DNA of 63,948 bases from an uncultured Methanosarcinales archaeon (GCA_964510025.1 CAZDZV010000001.1:1-63948); one strand, 5' to 3'; positions 40,401-49,830 are shown, numbered from the stretch's first letter. Notes: generated from the sequence alone by a model not told the origin. Numbers and translations are program-made.

Positions 40401-40933
40401 ACACTCTTCTGGAGAAAAAGGAAAGGCTTACTGAAGAAAGAAAAGATGTTGTAAAGATGATGGATGAGATAGAGGCCAAGAAAAAAGACCTTTTTATGAA
40501 ACATTTCAATATAATCACCGAGCATTTTAAAAGGGCCTTTTCCGCCCTATCGTCAAAAGGAGATGCTTTTTTGGAACTGGAAAATCCTGACAACCCTTTT
40601 GAGGGCGGCCTAAGGATAAAGGTCAAGATTAGCGGGATGAAATTTATGGACATCAGAAGCCTGTCGGGTGGGGAGAAGACAATGACCGCCTTAGCATTTA
40701 TTTTTGCCATTCAGGAGCATGAACCTGCTTCATTCTATATACTTGATGAAGTTGATGCGGCCCTTGATAAGCATAATTCGGAAAAGCTCGCTAAACTGGT
40801 TGCACAATACTCTGACAGGGCGCAGTATATAATGATATCACACAATGATTCTGTCATATCGTCTGCTGACAACCTCTATGGGGTATCTATGAACGAGCAT
40901 GGAATCAGCAAGGTTGTGAGCCTTAAGATATAA
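37442..40933 (+). CDS. smc: Chromosome segregation protein SMC
   Basis: GFKSF, GPNGSGKSN, hinge (GIYGTVAELG, VTLDGD), LSGGEK, LDEVDAALD. Confidence 0.96.
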   Translation: MTKINRLVMHGFKSFAKHTELVFGPKFNVILGPNGSGKSNVLDSLCFVLGKTSAKSMRAEKSSNLIYNGGKSKKPAKQGEVSIYFDNVNKTFPTEEKEVKITRIVRQTGQSVYKINDNIRTREQILDLLNIAKINPDAYNIILQGDIVKFVEMSPNDRRVLIEDISGISVYEEKKHKALLELEKVEKKLNDADIVLKERNAYLKELKKDRDQALKFKEMNEKITKYRASLLKLQIDSKEKQRQEIQARLEAANKEIEKINGKIKQLKDENASKSQELDRISKEIEEKGEVEQVNLNKEIEAKKIELTKKEYRQNTVKAELSKIDTRKQELTNTIKETENNISSLEEQKKSLGNKLLENEKEKQEVNQKIVHFRKKNNMDDISNLDKTIEEIDGKSENLQKQIHKLREDQHNLIREKDSIQHDINSIDNQIKKVTEIEKEHHNEIEDLRRKRKQFKEMTLELNKRLNEDSSMAVESNTYEEKLRKLKEELAALQARKVSIREASLGDMAIKKILALKKPGIYGTVAELGNVKSKYSLALEIAAGPRLKSIVVEDDKVASECIKYLKSNKLGIATFLPLSKLKPKSTEEDTKKISEARGSHGLAYELVEFEPRFQKVFQYIFANTVVVEDIDVARRLGVGKAKMVTLDGDVAELSGVMTGGFRDKKRKGLGFREKEVSKGIDDFGGQIEETERSISNLDKKRKENQARIDELRKTKAEIEGEIIKREKSLHLEPTELDISKNKKQELELKLKEVDKSIEKVIGEISELNKELAQYKIKKQEIRSKISSLRDPALLAEISTFEEKLGQINSTSVELNSEIKNIGSQISNIHRPEIEKIMSILRQLDAEHAKFGDELKALKLEIKAMKDDLEKKEKQAKIFYAQFKELFSRQTQLNEKMKDNEIEINSEREKSVQTEIKSNTHSLKLSEASAHLSALKQEFQKYEGIKLSTEKNIDQLKHEIGKYEKMKDDVGFVNMRALEIYSDVEKEYNTLLEKKERLTEERKDVVKMMDEIEAKKKDLFMKHFNIITEHFKRAFSALSSKGDAFLELENPDNPFEGGLRIKVKISGMKFMDIRSLSGGEKTMTALAFIFAIQEHEPASFYILDEVDAALDKHNSEKLAKLVAQYSDRAQYIMISHNDSVISSADNLYGVSMNEHGISKVVSLKI

Positions 40934-40934
40934 G

Positions 40935-41771
40935 ATGAAATTTCTAAGCAAGCATAAGAAAATAAAAAGTTTCGACGGTACTAGTATAAGCTATAACATC
41001 TGCAGGATATCGGGGCATTTTTTGGTCTTTATCCATGGTGCAGGAGGCGATCTGAATGCCTGGAAAAAGGAAAGAAGATATTTTCACAAAAAAGGCATAT
41101 CCACGATAGCAATCGATCTTAGGGGGCACGGCATGTCACAGCGACCAAGACTGGCCAAAGACTACAAGCTCGATAATTTTGCCACGGACATCTACCAGGT
41201 GATAAGAAAAGAGAAGATCAGAAATTTTGTCCTAATAGGACACTGCTTCGGTGGGGTTGTCATTACCTCATTTCATAGACTATTCTCCAGGAAAGCCAGG
41301 GCATACATCCTCATCGACATTACCTATAAGGCGCCGAAGCAGCTGAGGATTCTGTTTAAAAACAAGTTTATCAAAAAAATGGTCATAAAGAAACTAGAAA
41401 AGAACCATATCGAAAAGAAGAACTCTCGCAGAGATTTCAGGAAATTTTTCGGGACGGGTGACTGGAACATGAGGAGAATTTTTTCTGATATCAGGAGCAC
41501 CTCACTTAAATCCTGGCTTTTTACCTACAAAAATTTCTCAGGCTTTGATGGAATAAGTGTCTTGAAAAGAATGAAGAAGCCTGTCCTGATAATCGAGGGT
41601 GAGAAAGATACCATATTCAGCCTGGATACAGCTGTAAAGGTAAACAAGCTAATCCCAAAATCACGATTGGCAGTCATACCAGAAGCAAACCATATACTGG
41701 TTGTCAACAATCCTGAAGCGCTGGGGCAAGAGATAGAGGTATTCTTAAGATCGCTCAAAAACTTCCTTTGA
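40935..41771 (+). CDS. Alpha/beta hydrolase with Cys at the nucleophile elbow
   Basis: FIHGAGG, DLRGHGMS, GHCFGG, GEKD, ANH. Confidence 0.85.
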   Translation: MKFLSKHKKIKSFDGTSISYNICRISGHFLVFIHGAGGDLNAWKKERRYFHKKGISTIAIDLRGHGMSQRPRLAKDYKLDNFATDIYQVIRKEKIRNFVLIGHCFGGVVITSFHRLFSRKARAYILIDITYKAPKQLRILFKNKFIKKMVIKKLEKNHIEKKNSRRDFRKFFGTGDWNMRRIFSDIRSTSLKSWLFTYKNFSGFDGISVLKRMKKPVLIIEGEKDTIFSLDTAVKVNKLIPKSRLAVIPEANHILVVNNPEALGQEIEVFLRSLKNFL

Positions 41772-41810
41772 CAGTAAAGTATTTATAGGCCTGCCTTTTT
41801 ATCACCAATT

Positions 41811-43055
41811 ATGAAAATCGCAGTATTTACGGACACGTTCTATCCAAAAGTGGATGGTATAGTAACATCTATACTAAATTCTTCCAGCCAACTGCTGAAA
41901 AGAGACACCCGGGTGGTTGTATTCTGCCCCAAGTATGAATCCTCGAAGGAAGTAAAAATCAAGGGCATGAGCGTATATAGGTTTTTTTCAGTTTCACTTG
42001 CATCCTATAAGGAGGTCAAGATTGTCCTACCTAACATAGCAAGGATTATCAGCCTACTCAAAAAAGAAGAGCCCGACATAATCCACATACACACCCCTGG
42101 TTTTCTGGGGTATATGGGAGTGCTATGCTCCAAAATATTCAAGATACCCTCAGTTGGCACCTACCACACACTGGTGTCTGAGCAACTAATGTACATATCA
42201 TTCAAGAAGCTGCTGAAGATTGAGAGAGTGGTGAACAAGATACTAGAATCCAAGTTTAACAAACTGATAGACAGGAATAGAAGGAAGTTTACCCTATTTA
42301 AAAGAACAAAAAAGGAAAAATTAGGCAAAAGAATCATCTGGAAACTGTCATGCAAGATATACAATAGCTGTGGCCGGGTTATTGTCCCTTCAAAATCCAT
42401 TAAGAAGCTGCTCAGGCATAAAGGAATAAAGAGAAAGATAGATATTGTGTCTAATGGGATAAATACTCGCCTATTTGGGAGCAAAAAAAGATATAATAAA
42501 AAAGTGAAAAGGATCATCCATGTTGGCAGAATCTCTTTCGAAAAGAATGTCGATGTCACAATCAAGGCCTTTGCTCGAATTGCTGAAAAACATAAGGACA
42601 TCAAATATGAGATAATCGGGGATGGACCTGCCCTAGACTCCCTGAGAAAATTAAGCCAAAGATTAGGATTGCAGGACAGAATAGTCTTTACGGGCTATAT
42701 AAACTATAAGAAACTTCCCGTACTTTACAGAAGGTCTGATTTGTTCATCACTGCATCGACGATGGAAACTCAGGGATTGGTAATACTCGAGGCTATGTCC
42801 TGCGGATTGCCAGTTATAGGGGTTGATGCGTACGCAATCCCCAATCTGGTTAAAAACGGGTATAATGGCTTCATTGCAAAACCCGGCAGTGCTGTTTCTA
42901 TGTCAAATTATATGCAGGTTGTTGTTAAAAACCCTAGGCTATGTGAAGTTCTGGGCAAAAATGCCGCTCTAACGGCGAAGGAGCATGACCTGGAAATTAC
43001 CTCAAGATCACTGGAAGATATCTATAAAAAAATGGTCAGCTTGTATAACTTTTAA
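41811..43055 (+). CDS. GT4 glycosyltransferase (diacylglycerol glycosyltransferase-like)
   Basis: MKIAVFTDTFYPKVDG, TYHT, VGRISFEKN, ETQGLVILEAM. Confidence 0.88.
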   Translation: MKIAVFTDTFYPKVDGIVTSILNSSSQLLKRDTRVVVFCPKYESSKEVKIKGMSVYRFFSVSLASYKEVKIVLPNIARIISLLKKEEPDIIHIHTPGFLGYMGVLCSKIFKIPSVGTYHTLVSEQLMYISFKKLLKIERVVNKILESKFNKLIDRNRRKFTLFKRTKKEKLGKRIIWKLSCKIYNSCGRVIVPSKSIKKLLRHKGIKRKIDIVSNGINTRLFGSKKRYNKKVKRIIHVGRISFEKNVDVTIKAFARIAEKHKDIKYEIIGDGPALDSLRKLSQRLGLQDRIVFTGYINYKKLPVLYRRSDLFITASTMETQGLVILEAMSCGLPVIGVDAYAIPNLVKNGYNGFIAKPGSAVSMSNYMQVVVKNPRLCEVLGKNAALTAKEHDLEITSRSLEDIYKKMVSLYNF

Positions 43056-44076
43056 TAAGCTTCTCCAGCTTAGCTAATATTCGCGCATTTCCACTGAATC
43101 TTGCCTTGCTGAGATTCCTGCGATAGCTAGGTATGCGTGAGATAAAATTATCGATCTTTTCTTTTGTCAGTTCCATATGATATTGCCCGAAGCCAAGCTT
43201 TTCGAGATAGACAGCGTTCAATATCTGCTCGAACTGCCCCTTTACAGGAACAGATAGAACCGGCTTTTTCAGCGACAGCGCTTCACCGATAAGGCCAAAC
43301 CCGCCATTGGTCAGCACAGCCTTACAGGTTGACAGATCCTCAACGAAGGCTTTTTCTGAGAATTGTCTAAAGACAATATTCCCTTTTTTTCCTTTGGTAG
43401 GGCCGTAGTAGACAAAATTCTCGTCTATTTCAGCCAAAAGCGGCACAAGCGACTTGTTTGTGCTGGTAGTCTGGTAAACCAGGATATGGTCTTTGTTCTT
43501 GGGCTGCTTTTTGAACAGTTCCTTCCTCAGTATAGGCGGAAAAAGATGTACATTTTCGAATTTTTTCTTTGGAAAAAAGTAGGTCGTTATAAGAAAATGA
43601 TCTGCCCTGAGTATCATCAAGGACACAATAAAACAGCAAATCGAGTATTCCCTGATAAACCTAGCGGGCACATCTATAGCGCATTTGGTGCATACGTGCT
43701 GATTGTCTATGGATATCAACGGTTTCTTGAGCAGCAATGAAAGATACCCTGCCAGAGATTCAAAATCAGAGATTACAATATCCGGCTGAAATTTTTGAGC
43801 TTTTTTCAGTATTCTGGAAAAATAATACAGGATTCTGGGAAACTTTATTAAGTTTCTAAAGAAGGTCCTTATGAAACTTATACTGTTATTTCTGTAGACC
43901 AAGTCAAAGTCATCTATTTTCTTCACATTCTTAAAATATTTAGATAGGTAATCAAAAGGTTTTCCGCCTGCTATAATCAGGAGCTCATGCCTTTTTGAGA
44001 GCTCACCCAATATGATCCTGCTCCGTATGGCATGACCCATCCCCTCTTTAGCTACACCGTATAATATCCTCGCCAT
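43036..44076 (-). CDS. MJ1255/VC2487-family glycosyltransferase (GT-B)
   Basis: ILYGVAKEGMGHAIRS, ISDFE, ISIDNQH, NGGF, GQFEQILNA. Confidence 0.85.
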   Translation of the reverse strand: MARILYGVAKEGMGHAIRSRIILGELSKRHELLIIAGGKPFDYLSKYFKNVKKIDDFDLVYRNNSISFIRTFFRNLIKFPRILYYFSRILKKAQKFQPDIVISDFESLAGYLSLLLKKPLISIDNQHVCTKCAIDVPARFIREYSICCFIVSLMILRADHFLITTYFFPKKKFENVHLFPPILRKELFKKQPKNKDHILVYQTTSTNKSLVPLLAEIDENFVYYGPTKGKKGNIVFRQFSEKAFVEDLSTCKAVLTNGGFGLIGEALSLKKPVLSVPVKGQFEQILNAVYLEKLGFGQYHMELTKEKIDNFISRIPSYRRNLSKARFSGNARILAKLEKLIKSYTS

Positions 44077-44077
44077 T

Positions 44078-44707
44078 TTAAGATAATTTCCTTATTTCAC
44101 TAAATACCTTTTTACTGGATTTTGAAGCGAAAATTGCCTTCCCTATCTTAAGGTACGCTTTTCTCAGACAGCCAACACTTACATATCTTATGCCCACTGG
44201 ATATATGGGTATTTTCTTGTGATATTCCCGCTCGTATAGCAAGGCTAGCCTCACTACACCATCTTTAAACCTGCCGAATTTCATATTTTTTCTTTCTGAA
44301 CGCAAGTAAGCCTCTGGAAAAAAAACTATTGCTTCTCCTTTTTTCAATAAAAAGAGCAGATATCTAAAAAGGTTTTCATTTCTTGCACTATTTTTCTTAT
44401 CAATAGGGATAGCGCCTATCCTAAGCATCAACCAACTCATAAATTTGTTATCGGCCAGACTTTTGCCAAAGGGAGTGGTATCAGCTAGCCAAAAAAGCCT
44501 TCGTCTAATCTGGGCGGCTATAATATATTGGTCAGCTAGTTCCTCATGATGAGCTGCAATAAGCAGAGGTCCTTTCTCAGGAACGAATCCTTCGACATAT
44601 GCTATCCTGGTCCTTAAAAACAGGAGTATAATGGGAGAGACCAACCTAAGAACAGCCACAAAAAGAGGATTGAGATAAACAGCAGACCTGTATTTTATAC
44701 TATTCAT
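44078..44707 (-). CDS. Lysophospholipid acyltransferase (PlsC-like)
   Basis: HX4D (HEELAD), GAIPIDK, FFPEA, IPIYPVGI. Confidence 0.8.
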   Translation of the reverse strand: MNSIKYRSAVYLNPLFVAVLRLVSPIILLFLRTRIAYVEGFVPEKGPLLIAAHHEELADQYIIAAQIRRRLFWLADTTPFGKSLADNKFMSWLMLRIGAIPIDKKNSARNENLFRYLLFLLKKGEAIVFFPEAYLRSERKNMKFGRFKDGVVRLALLYEREYHKKIPIYPVGIRYVSVGCLRKAYLKIGKAIFASKSSKKVFSEIRKLS

Positions 44708-45524
44708 GTTTTTTAAGGGAATTTATGATCCTATAGATATTTCTCAGTACAAAGAGGGTAAATGGTTTTGCCCTGTTATGGTGCTTACCATAACCAAAAT
44801 GCTTTATCGGACGGAATAATGGAGACGCTCCTGCATTATGGACAATGGCAATCTTCTTATTGTCAAGATAGAAGCACCCGTCCTTAATATGAAACCTGTT
44901 CTGAGCTGTAGTTATGACATAGTTATATTTCTTATCTAGCAGACAGAATCCTTTTTTATACAATACATAATTGACTGCCACCTGGTCAGGGCCAAACTTT
45001 GTCTTGTTTATGATCAGCCTGTTGCATTCCCTGCAGAGATAAAGAAATTTTTCATAGGATGCGCAGATTACGCCTGCATTTATCATCCTCTTATCCTGGA
45101 GCAGCTTTTTGATTTTTCGCGCCTCTTCTGGAGCAAAAAAATCCTTAAGAAAAAAATCCTGAAAAGGCACATTGCAGTCCTCGCAGACTGCCCTGTATTC
45201 GCCCTTGTTTTTCTCAAAAAGCTCGTTGATATCGGTCTGGAAGATTATATCTCCACCATCAGTCGAGAGAACCTGATCGTACTTATGCTTCTTCAAGAAC
45301 CTGTAAAAATCCCTAAACCTAATGGAAGTTACATGGCCGTCCCGCTTCCCCTTTATTATCTTTGCGCCTTTAAGCCGGGATATCTGGTCTCTTGTCAATC
45401 CGTAGTCAATTATTACAACGTCAATATTCTTCAGATTGACATTTTTCTTTAGCGACACAAACCACTGGTCTGCCAAGAAATCCCCGTATTTGGAATCAGA
45501 TATTGTAAATATTACATTTTTCAT
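44700..45524 (-). CDS. Hypothetical GT-A-fold glycosyltransferase-like protein
   Basis: IIDYGL, TDGGDIIFQ, INAGV, DQ and HNAG motifs typical of nucleotide-sugar transferases. Confidence 0.6.
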   Translation of the reverse strand: MKNVIFTISDSKYGDFLADQWFVSLKKNVNLKNIDVVIIDYGLTRDQISRLKGAKIIKGKRDGHVTSIRFRDFYRFLKKHKYDQVLSTDGGDIIFQTDINELFEKNKGEYRAVCEDCNVPFQDFFLKDFFAPEEARKIKKLLQDKRMINAGVICASYEKFLYLCRECNRLIINKTKFGPDQVAVNYVLYKKGFCLLDKKYNYVITTAQNRFHIKDGCFYLDNKKIAIVHNAGASPLFRPIKHFGYGKHHNRAKPFTLFVLRNIYRIINSLKKHE

Positions 45525-45564
45525 TAGGAAGAAAATATAGTCTGAACTTTATAAAGATTTTGAA

Positions 45565-45677
45565 TGCGCTAGCCGGGACTTCCGAAGCAAAGCACCAGCT
45601 TAGCTTTTCGAACCCGGATAAACGGCTTTCTTCAATGAGATGGAAGGCCGTTGTCATAGCCATTAGACCACCAGCGC
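45565..45677 (-). tRNA. tRNA-Gly(UCC) with two introns (13 nt at 37/38: 45628-45640; 28 nt in T loop: 45579-45606)
   Basis: GCGCTGG/CTAGCGC-A acceptor, ACGGC-CT-TCC-A^A-GCCGT, CCGGG-TTCGAA^T-CCCGG; mature length 72 nt. Confidence 0.9.
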
Positions 45678-45703
45678 ACTAATCACGAGAATTGGATTTT
45701 CAT

Positions 45704-46753
45704 TTATAAATCTGTCGAAAACTTCTTTAGGGCAGTTCTTATATTACCAATAAAGATTTTTAGGTCGGATTTGCTGATATTCGCGCCGCAAGCATATTCG
45801 TGGCCGCCCCCATACCCTTTGATACCGGTCAGCGCCTTCCTAAGGATCGGCAACAGCGGCTTATGGTATCTCAAGCTCATCTTAATTTCATCATTTTTTT
45901 CCCTCCCTACGATGATAAGCTTTGAAGTATACCTATGAAGGAGCTCATTTGCCAAGTCACCGCTAAAGCTCATCTTGTTCTGGCTATAGATATAAACAAG
46001 AAGCTCATCTTTCTTGACCTGTTTTTTGGCGTCCTCCAAAACCCCCAAATAATCCTTGTAGATCCTTGCATACTTCCTATAGATGAATTTTCCCTTGGGG
46101 GTCTTCTGTTCCAGGATCTCGTAAGGATCCTTAATCCGGGTCATTATTTTATAGCATTTCTTTACGTTATTTGTCTTCCCTTTCAGGATAAATGCCATAA
46201 TCCTAGAGACTTTTCCAAGCTTAGTATTGAACAGTATATATCCTGGGTCCTTAGAATCTGACCTAAGAAGGTCAGGGTACTTCACCTTAAAATCGTTAAT
46301 AAAGTCAGGAATAAACCAATCCCCTATACAGCCGGCAGCAGCTATCCATGTATCCTGGCCCACAACCTGGTAACATAGATAAGTGACGGGCGCTGCATCG
46401 GGCACCTTATTAAGCCTAGGGTTGAATATCTGCACATTATGAAGCTTTATAGGCTTATGATGGTCAATCCAGATTACTGGCACCTTCGCGGCATCCACAA
46501 AATCCTGATCTACTTTTGCCAAATCTAGAATAAATATCTTATCTGGATTGTATTCATGTACCTTAGGTATAAACTGTCCGTCAACTTGAGGTGTTGCTCT
46601 TTTGACTATGATCCCGTGCCCTTCTTTCTTGTAACGGTAAAGAAGAAGAAAAGAACAAAGCCCATCCGGATCATCATGAAAAAAGAATAACGGATTCTTG
46701 CAATTATCCAATTCTTGCCTTATCTTATTGGCCTGGATATCTGTAAGCGGCAT
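45704..46753 (-). CDS. DHH-family phosphoesterase (RecJ-like)
   Basis: HDDPDG, IDHH, GGGH (DHHA1). Confidence 0.88.
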   Translation of the reverse strand: MPLTDIQANKIRQELDNCKNPLFFFHDDPDGLCSFLLLYRYKKEGHGIIVKRATPQVDGQFIPKVHEYNPDKIFILDLAKVDQDFVDAAKVPVIWIDHHKPIKLHNVQIFNPRLNKVPDAAPVTYLCYQVVGQDTWIAAAGCIGDWFIPDFINDFKVKYPDLLRSDSKDPGYILFNTKLGKVSRIMAFILKGKTNNVKKCYKIMTRIKDPYEILEQKTPKGKFIYRKYARIYKDYLGVLEDAKKQVKKDELLVYIYSQNKMSFSGDLANELLHRYTSKLIIVGREKNDEIKMSLRYHKPLLPILRKALTGIKGYGGGHEYACGANISKSDLKIFIGNIRTALKKFSTDL

Positions 46754-46835
46754 AGACTATGGGGCAATATAAAGCTTTATAATTGTTTGTTTTTTAAACA
46801 AAAGATATATATGCTATGCATTATTAGTTTACGCC

Positions 46836-48071
46836 ATGAATATTCCTTGCATCAAATGTAAAGGAGCTAGTCCTATGGAGAGCTGCGGCAGGACCTTCTG
46901 CCCGATACTGGCGAAATCAAGGGCGCTATCCCAGGTCAAGCCAAGAATCCTAAAGGAAGATTTTGCAGGAACCTCGCCTGCTCCTTTCGTCGGGCATAAT
47001 TTTTATCCCAATGTGTACATGGGCATATTGAGTCCCCCTGAGCCAAAGCAGGATGCCTGGCTATACGATTCTCCCAAATACTGGGCTAAAAAGGATTTCG
47101 GCATCCCTACAATTGTGGAATATAGATCGGCTTTGATAAATTCAAGATTCCGGACTAATGTCAGGCAGATATCCAAACTTGCGGATATCGGACAGGAGAT
47201 AGGCTTGTCCTCCAGACCAATTGATCTGGAAATCAGTCTTAAGGATAAGCCCCATTTTACACTCAAGACAGATGCATATCATGCTCCAATGGGCCCCAAC
47301 GCTGTGTTAAGAAAAGCTAAGGTCACGGAGAACCCAAAAATCCATACAAAAGTCCAGAAGGTGGTAGATGACACTGATCTGAAGGCAAACCAAGCCTTAA
47401 ACTATCTCTTTAGACATGGATTTTCTGAAAACTTTCTTACTAAAGCACTGAGTGTGGGTGCTTTCGGGGTGAGAAGCAAAAGAAAACTGGTACCTACAAG
47501 ATGGAGCATAACAGCGACAGATGATGCTCTAGGGAAACAGCTTATAGAAAGCATCAAGAGATACAAGGAAAGCGATTATCTGGCGTATTTCGGCGGTTAC
47601 CTCGGAAATTATTTTTTGGTGCTGCTGTTTCCAGAAATCTGGTCTTTTGAACTTTTTGAAACCTATGCACCCAAGGCTGAATGGAACATCTCAAACGAAT
47701 ACAGGTTTATGACAGACTATGAGCCTTATGAAGGCAGGAAAAGATATGCTGAAAATTGCGGCGGAGGATATTATGCTGCAAGATTGCCGGTGCTCGAAAA
47801 ATTAAATTCTATGAAGAGGCAAGCTTGCGCCTTAGTGCTAAGGTTCATTACAGGGGAGTACGCTGTTCCGTTGGGAGTATGGGTCGTCAGAGAGGCGGTG
47901 AGAAGGACGTTGAACACGAGGCCCCTGAGCTTTGCATCTAAGGAGCTGATGATAAAGTATGTGAACATTGTTGTAAAAAAGAAATTCAGCTACAATGCAG
48001 AAAATTTATTAAAGGAAAGTGTTTTACTAAAGAAACTCAGATCCCAACAAAAATTGTTGAAGTTCATATGA
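46836..48071 (+). CDS. nreA: Nre-family DNA repair protein
   Basis: N-terminal CxxC...CGxxxCP, RKLVPTRWSITATD, GGYYAARL, PLGVWVVRE, C-terminal PIP-like QQKLLKF. Confidence 0.88.
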   Translation: MNIPCIKCKGASPMESCGRTFCPILAKSRALSQVKPRILKEDFAGTSPAPFVGHNFYPNVYMGILSPPEPKQDAWLYDSPKYWAKKDFGIPTIVEYRSALINSRFRTNVRQISKLADIGQEIGLSSRPIDLEISLKDKPHFTLKTDAYHAPMGPNAVLRKAKVTENPKIHTKVQKVVDDTDLKANQALNYLFRHGFSENFLTKALSVGAFGVRSKRKLVPTRWSITATDDALGKQLIESIKRYKESDYLAYFGGYLGNYFLVLLFPEIWSFELFETYAPKAEWNISNEYRFMTDYEPYEGRKRYAENCGGGYYAARLPVLEKLNSMKRQACALVLRFITGEYAVPLGVWVVREAVRRTLNTRPLSFASKELMIKYVNIVVKKKFSYNAENLLKESVLLKKLRSQQKLLKFI

Positions 48072-48811
48072 AATTCAAGAAAAACCTGCATGACTTTAAT
48101 AATGCTATTTCTCTTGCCATAAAAAACAAGATTGACTTAAAAAAACCGCTTGATAAGGAGAAAGCGGTGTACGACTATGATGAGAAACAAAGAATCTACT
48201 ACTACAACAACCTACAGTCGAAGCTGAAGATACTGAAATCTGACTTTCTAGAACTTCCTAGCTTAATAAAATATGATATTAGGAACCAGGCCCCGGTAAA
48301 TCAAATTCTGGAAATGGTTCCTGAGCTAGAGAGTGAAGACTTAAAAAATCTGCAAAATTCCGTTAAAAGAATCATAACCTTAGCAGAACATATAGACTTT
48401 CCAGAGAAGGAGATTGGAAAAAAGTTTTCTGTACCAGATGTACCAGATGAGATCAAGCCTGAGATCAAGGCTGATATCGATGAGATGAACAAGTGCTACA
48501 ACAATAAGTGCTATAGGAGCACAATAATACTGTGCGGCAGAATATTGGAAACTGCCTTGCATCGGAAATATTATGAGGTTACAGGCAACGACCTCCTTGA
48601 AAAGAGCCCTGGAATCGGTCTGGGGAACATAATTGCTAAATTAAGAGATAAAAATGTCGCACTGGATCCTGCCGTAACAAACCAGATCCATCTAATAAAT
48701 CAGGTAAGAATATTCTCAGTGCATAAGAAAAAACAGGCCTTCCACCCGTCTGAACAGCAAACCCAAGCAGCTGTGCTTTATACCTTAGACATAGTGGAAA
48801 AACTATTTTAG
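48068..48811 (+). CDS. DUF4145 (HEPN-like) domain protein
   Basis: CYRSTIILCGRILE...LGNII...RIFSVH (RX4H). Confidence 0.7.
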   Translation: MKFKKNLHDFNNAISLAIKNKIDLKKPLDKEKAVYDYDEKQRIYYYNNLQSKLKILKSDFLELPSLIKYDIRNQAPVNQILEMVPELESEDLKNLQNSVKRIITLAEHIDFPEKEIGKKFSVPDVPDEIKPEIKADIDEMNKCYNNKCYRSTIILCGRILETALHRKYYEVTGNDLLEKSPGIGLGNIIAKLRDKNVALDPAVTNQIHLINQVRIFSVHKKKQAFHPSEQQTQAAVLYTLDIVEKLF

Positions 48812-49756
48812 GATTTTTTCAGGAAAAGGGCAAGACAAATCGCCGCAGCATATAGGGGAAAGGTCCTGGTATAAGGCCTTAATCTGATCCACATTTTTTG
48901 CATCATTCAGCGCAGCCCGATATTTCGCGCCTTTTGGCAATCCTTTGGTGAACCATTGGGAATGCTTCTTAATATTGTCAAATTCCACCTTATATTTCTT
49001 GGAGTATCTAAGATATTTTTCAATAAGCTTCAGCGGATCCTTATCTGGAACCTTTTGGTTCTTCAGATAACATTTTATCTCCTGAAAAACTGCTGGATTG
49101 CCAATAGCTGCCCTAGCTACCATTATTGCATCGCAACCTGTTTTCTCAAACATCCTCTCCGCATCCTGGCCACCGAAGATATCCCCATTCCCAACAACCG
49201 GGATGTTTACAGATTCCTTGACACTTCTGATGATATCATAATCCACTGGTTTTTCATAGTTAACAGTCCTAGCCCTACCATGGACAGCAATAGCACTAGC
49301 TCCTGCTCTTTCTGAGACTTTTGCAATATCCACAGCATTGATGTGGTTTCTGTCGTAGCCGGCTCGCAGCTTGACAGTGACCGGCCTGCTGCACCTCTCC
49401 ACTAAATTCCTTACTATCTTTTCAATAAGTTTGGGATATTTCATCAGATATGCGCCGCATTTTCTCTTGACAACATTGGAATGGGGGCAACCTAGGTTTA
49501 GGTCTATGCAGCGGGCCTTGCGCTCTATCTTAACAGAGCATGCAGCCAGAATCTCTGGATCATTGCCAAAAAACTGAGCTATCATGTTATCTTCATCATG
49601 AAAATCAGAAAGTTTTCTATTCCCCATCTTGAATGCCCTGCTGTCTATCATCTGAGAATAGACAATATCCGCCCCATAGTCTGTGCAGAGCTTCCTGAAG
49701 GCAATGTCATTTACCCCTGCCATTGGCGCCAAGATAACCTTATTCTGAAAGTGCAT
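48803..49756 (-). CDS. tRNA-dihydrouridine synthase (DusB-like)
   Basis: LAPMAG, DLNLGCP, VTVKLR, VHGR, GNGDI. Confidence 0.92.
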   Translation of the reverse strand: MHFQNKVILAPMAGVNDIAFRKLCTDYGADIVYSQMIDSRAFKMGNRKLSDFHDEDNMIAQFFGNDPEILAACSVKIERKARCIDLNLGCPHSNVVKRKCGAYLMKYPKLIEKIVRNLVERCSRPVTVKLRAGYDRNHINAVDIAKVSERAGASAIAVHGRARTVNYEKPVDYDIIRSVKESVNIPVVGNGDIFGGQDAERMFEKTGCDAIMVARAAIGNPAVFQEIKCYLKNQKVPDKDPLKLIEKYLRYSKKYKVEFDNIKKHSQWFTKGLPKGAKYRAALNDAKNVDQIKALYQDLSPICCGDLSCPFPEKILK

Positions 49757-49830
49757 CCCTTCTGGAAATATGCATGCCTATAAAAATTTTTAGAGTAAAC
49801 TTTAAAAATATAGCATAAATCTATCCATGT

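Noticed and set aside
38000..40500. Low-complexity K/E-rich periodicity
   Set aside because: Explained by the SMC coiled-coil arms.
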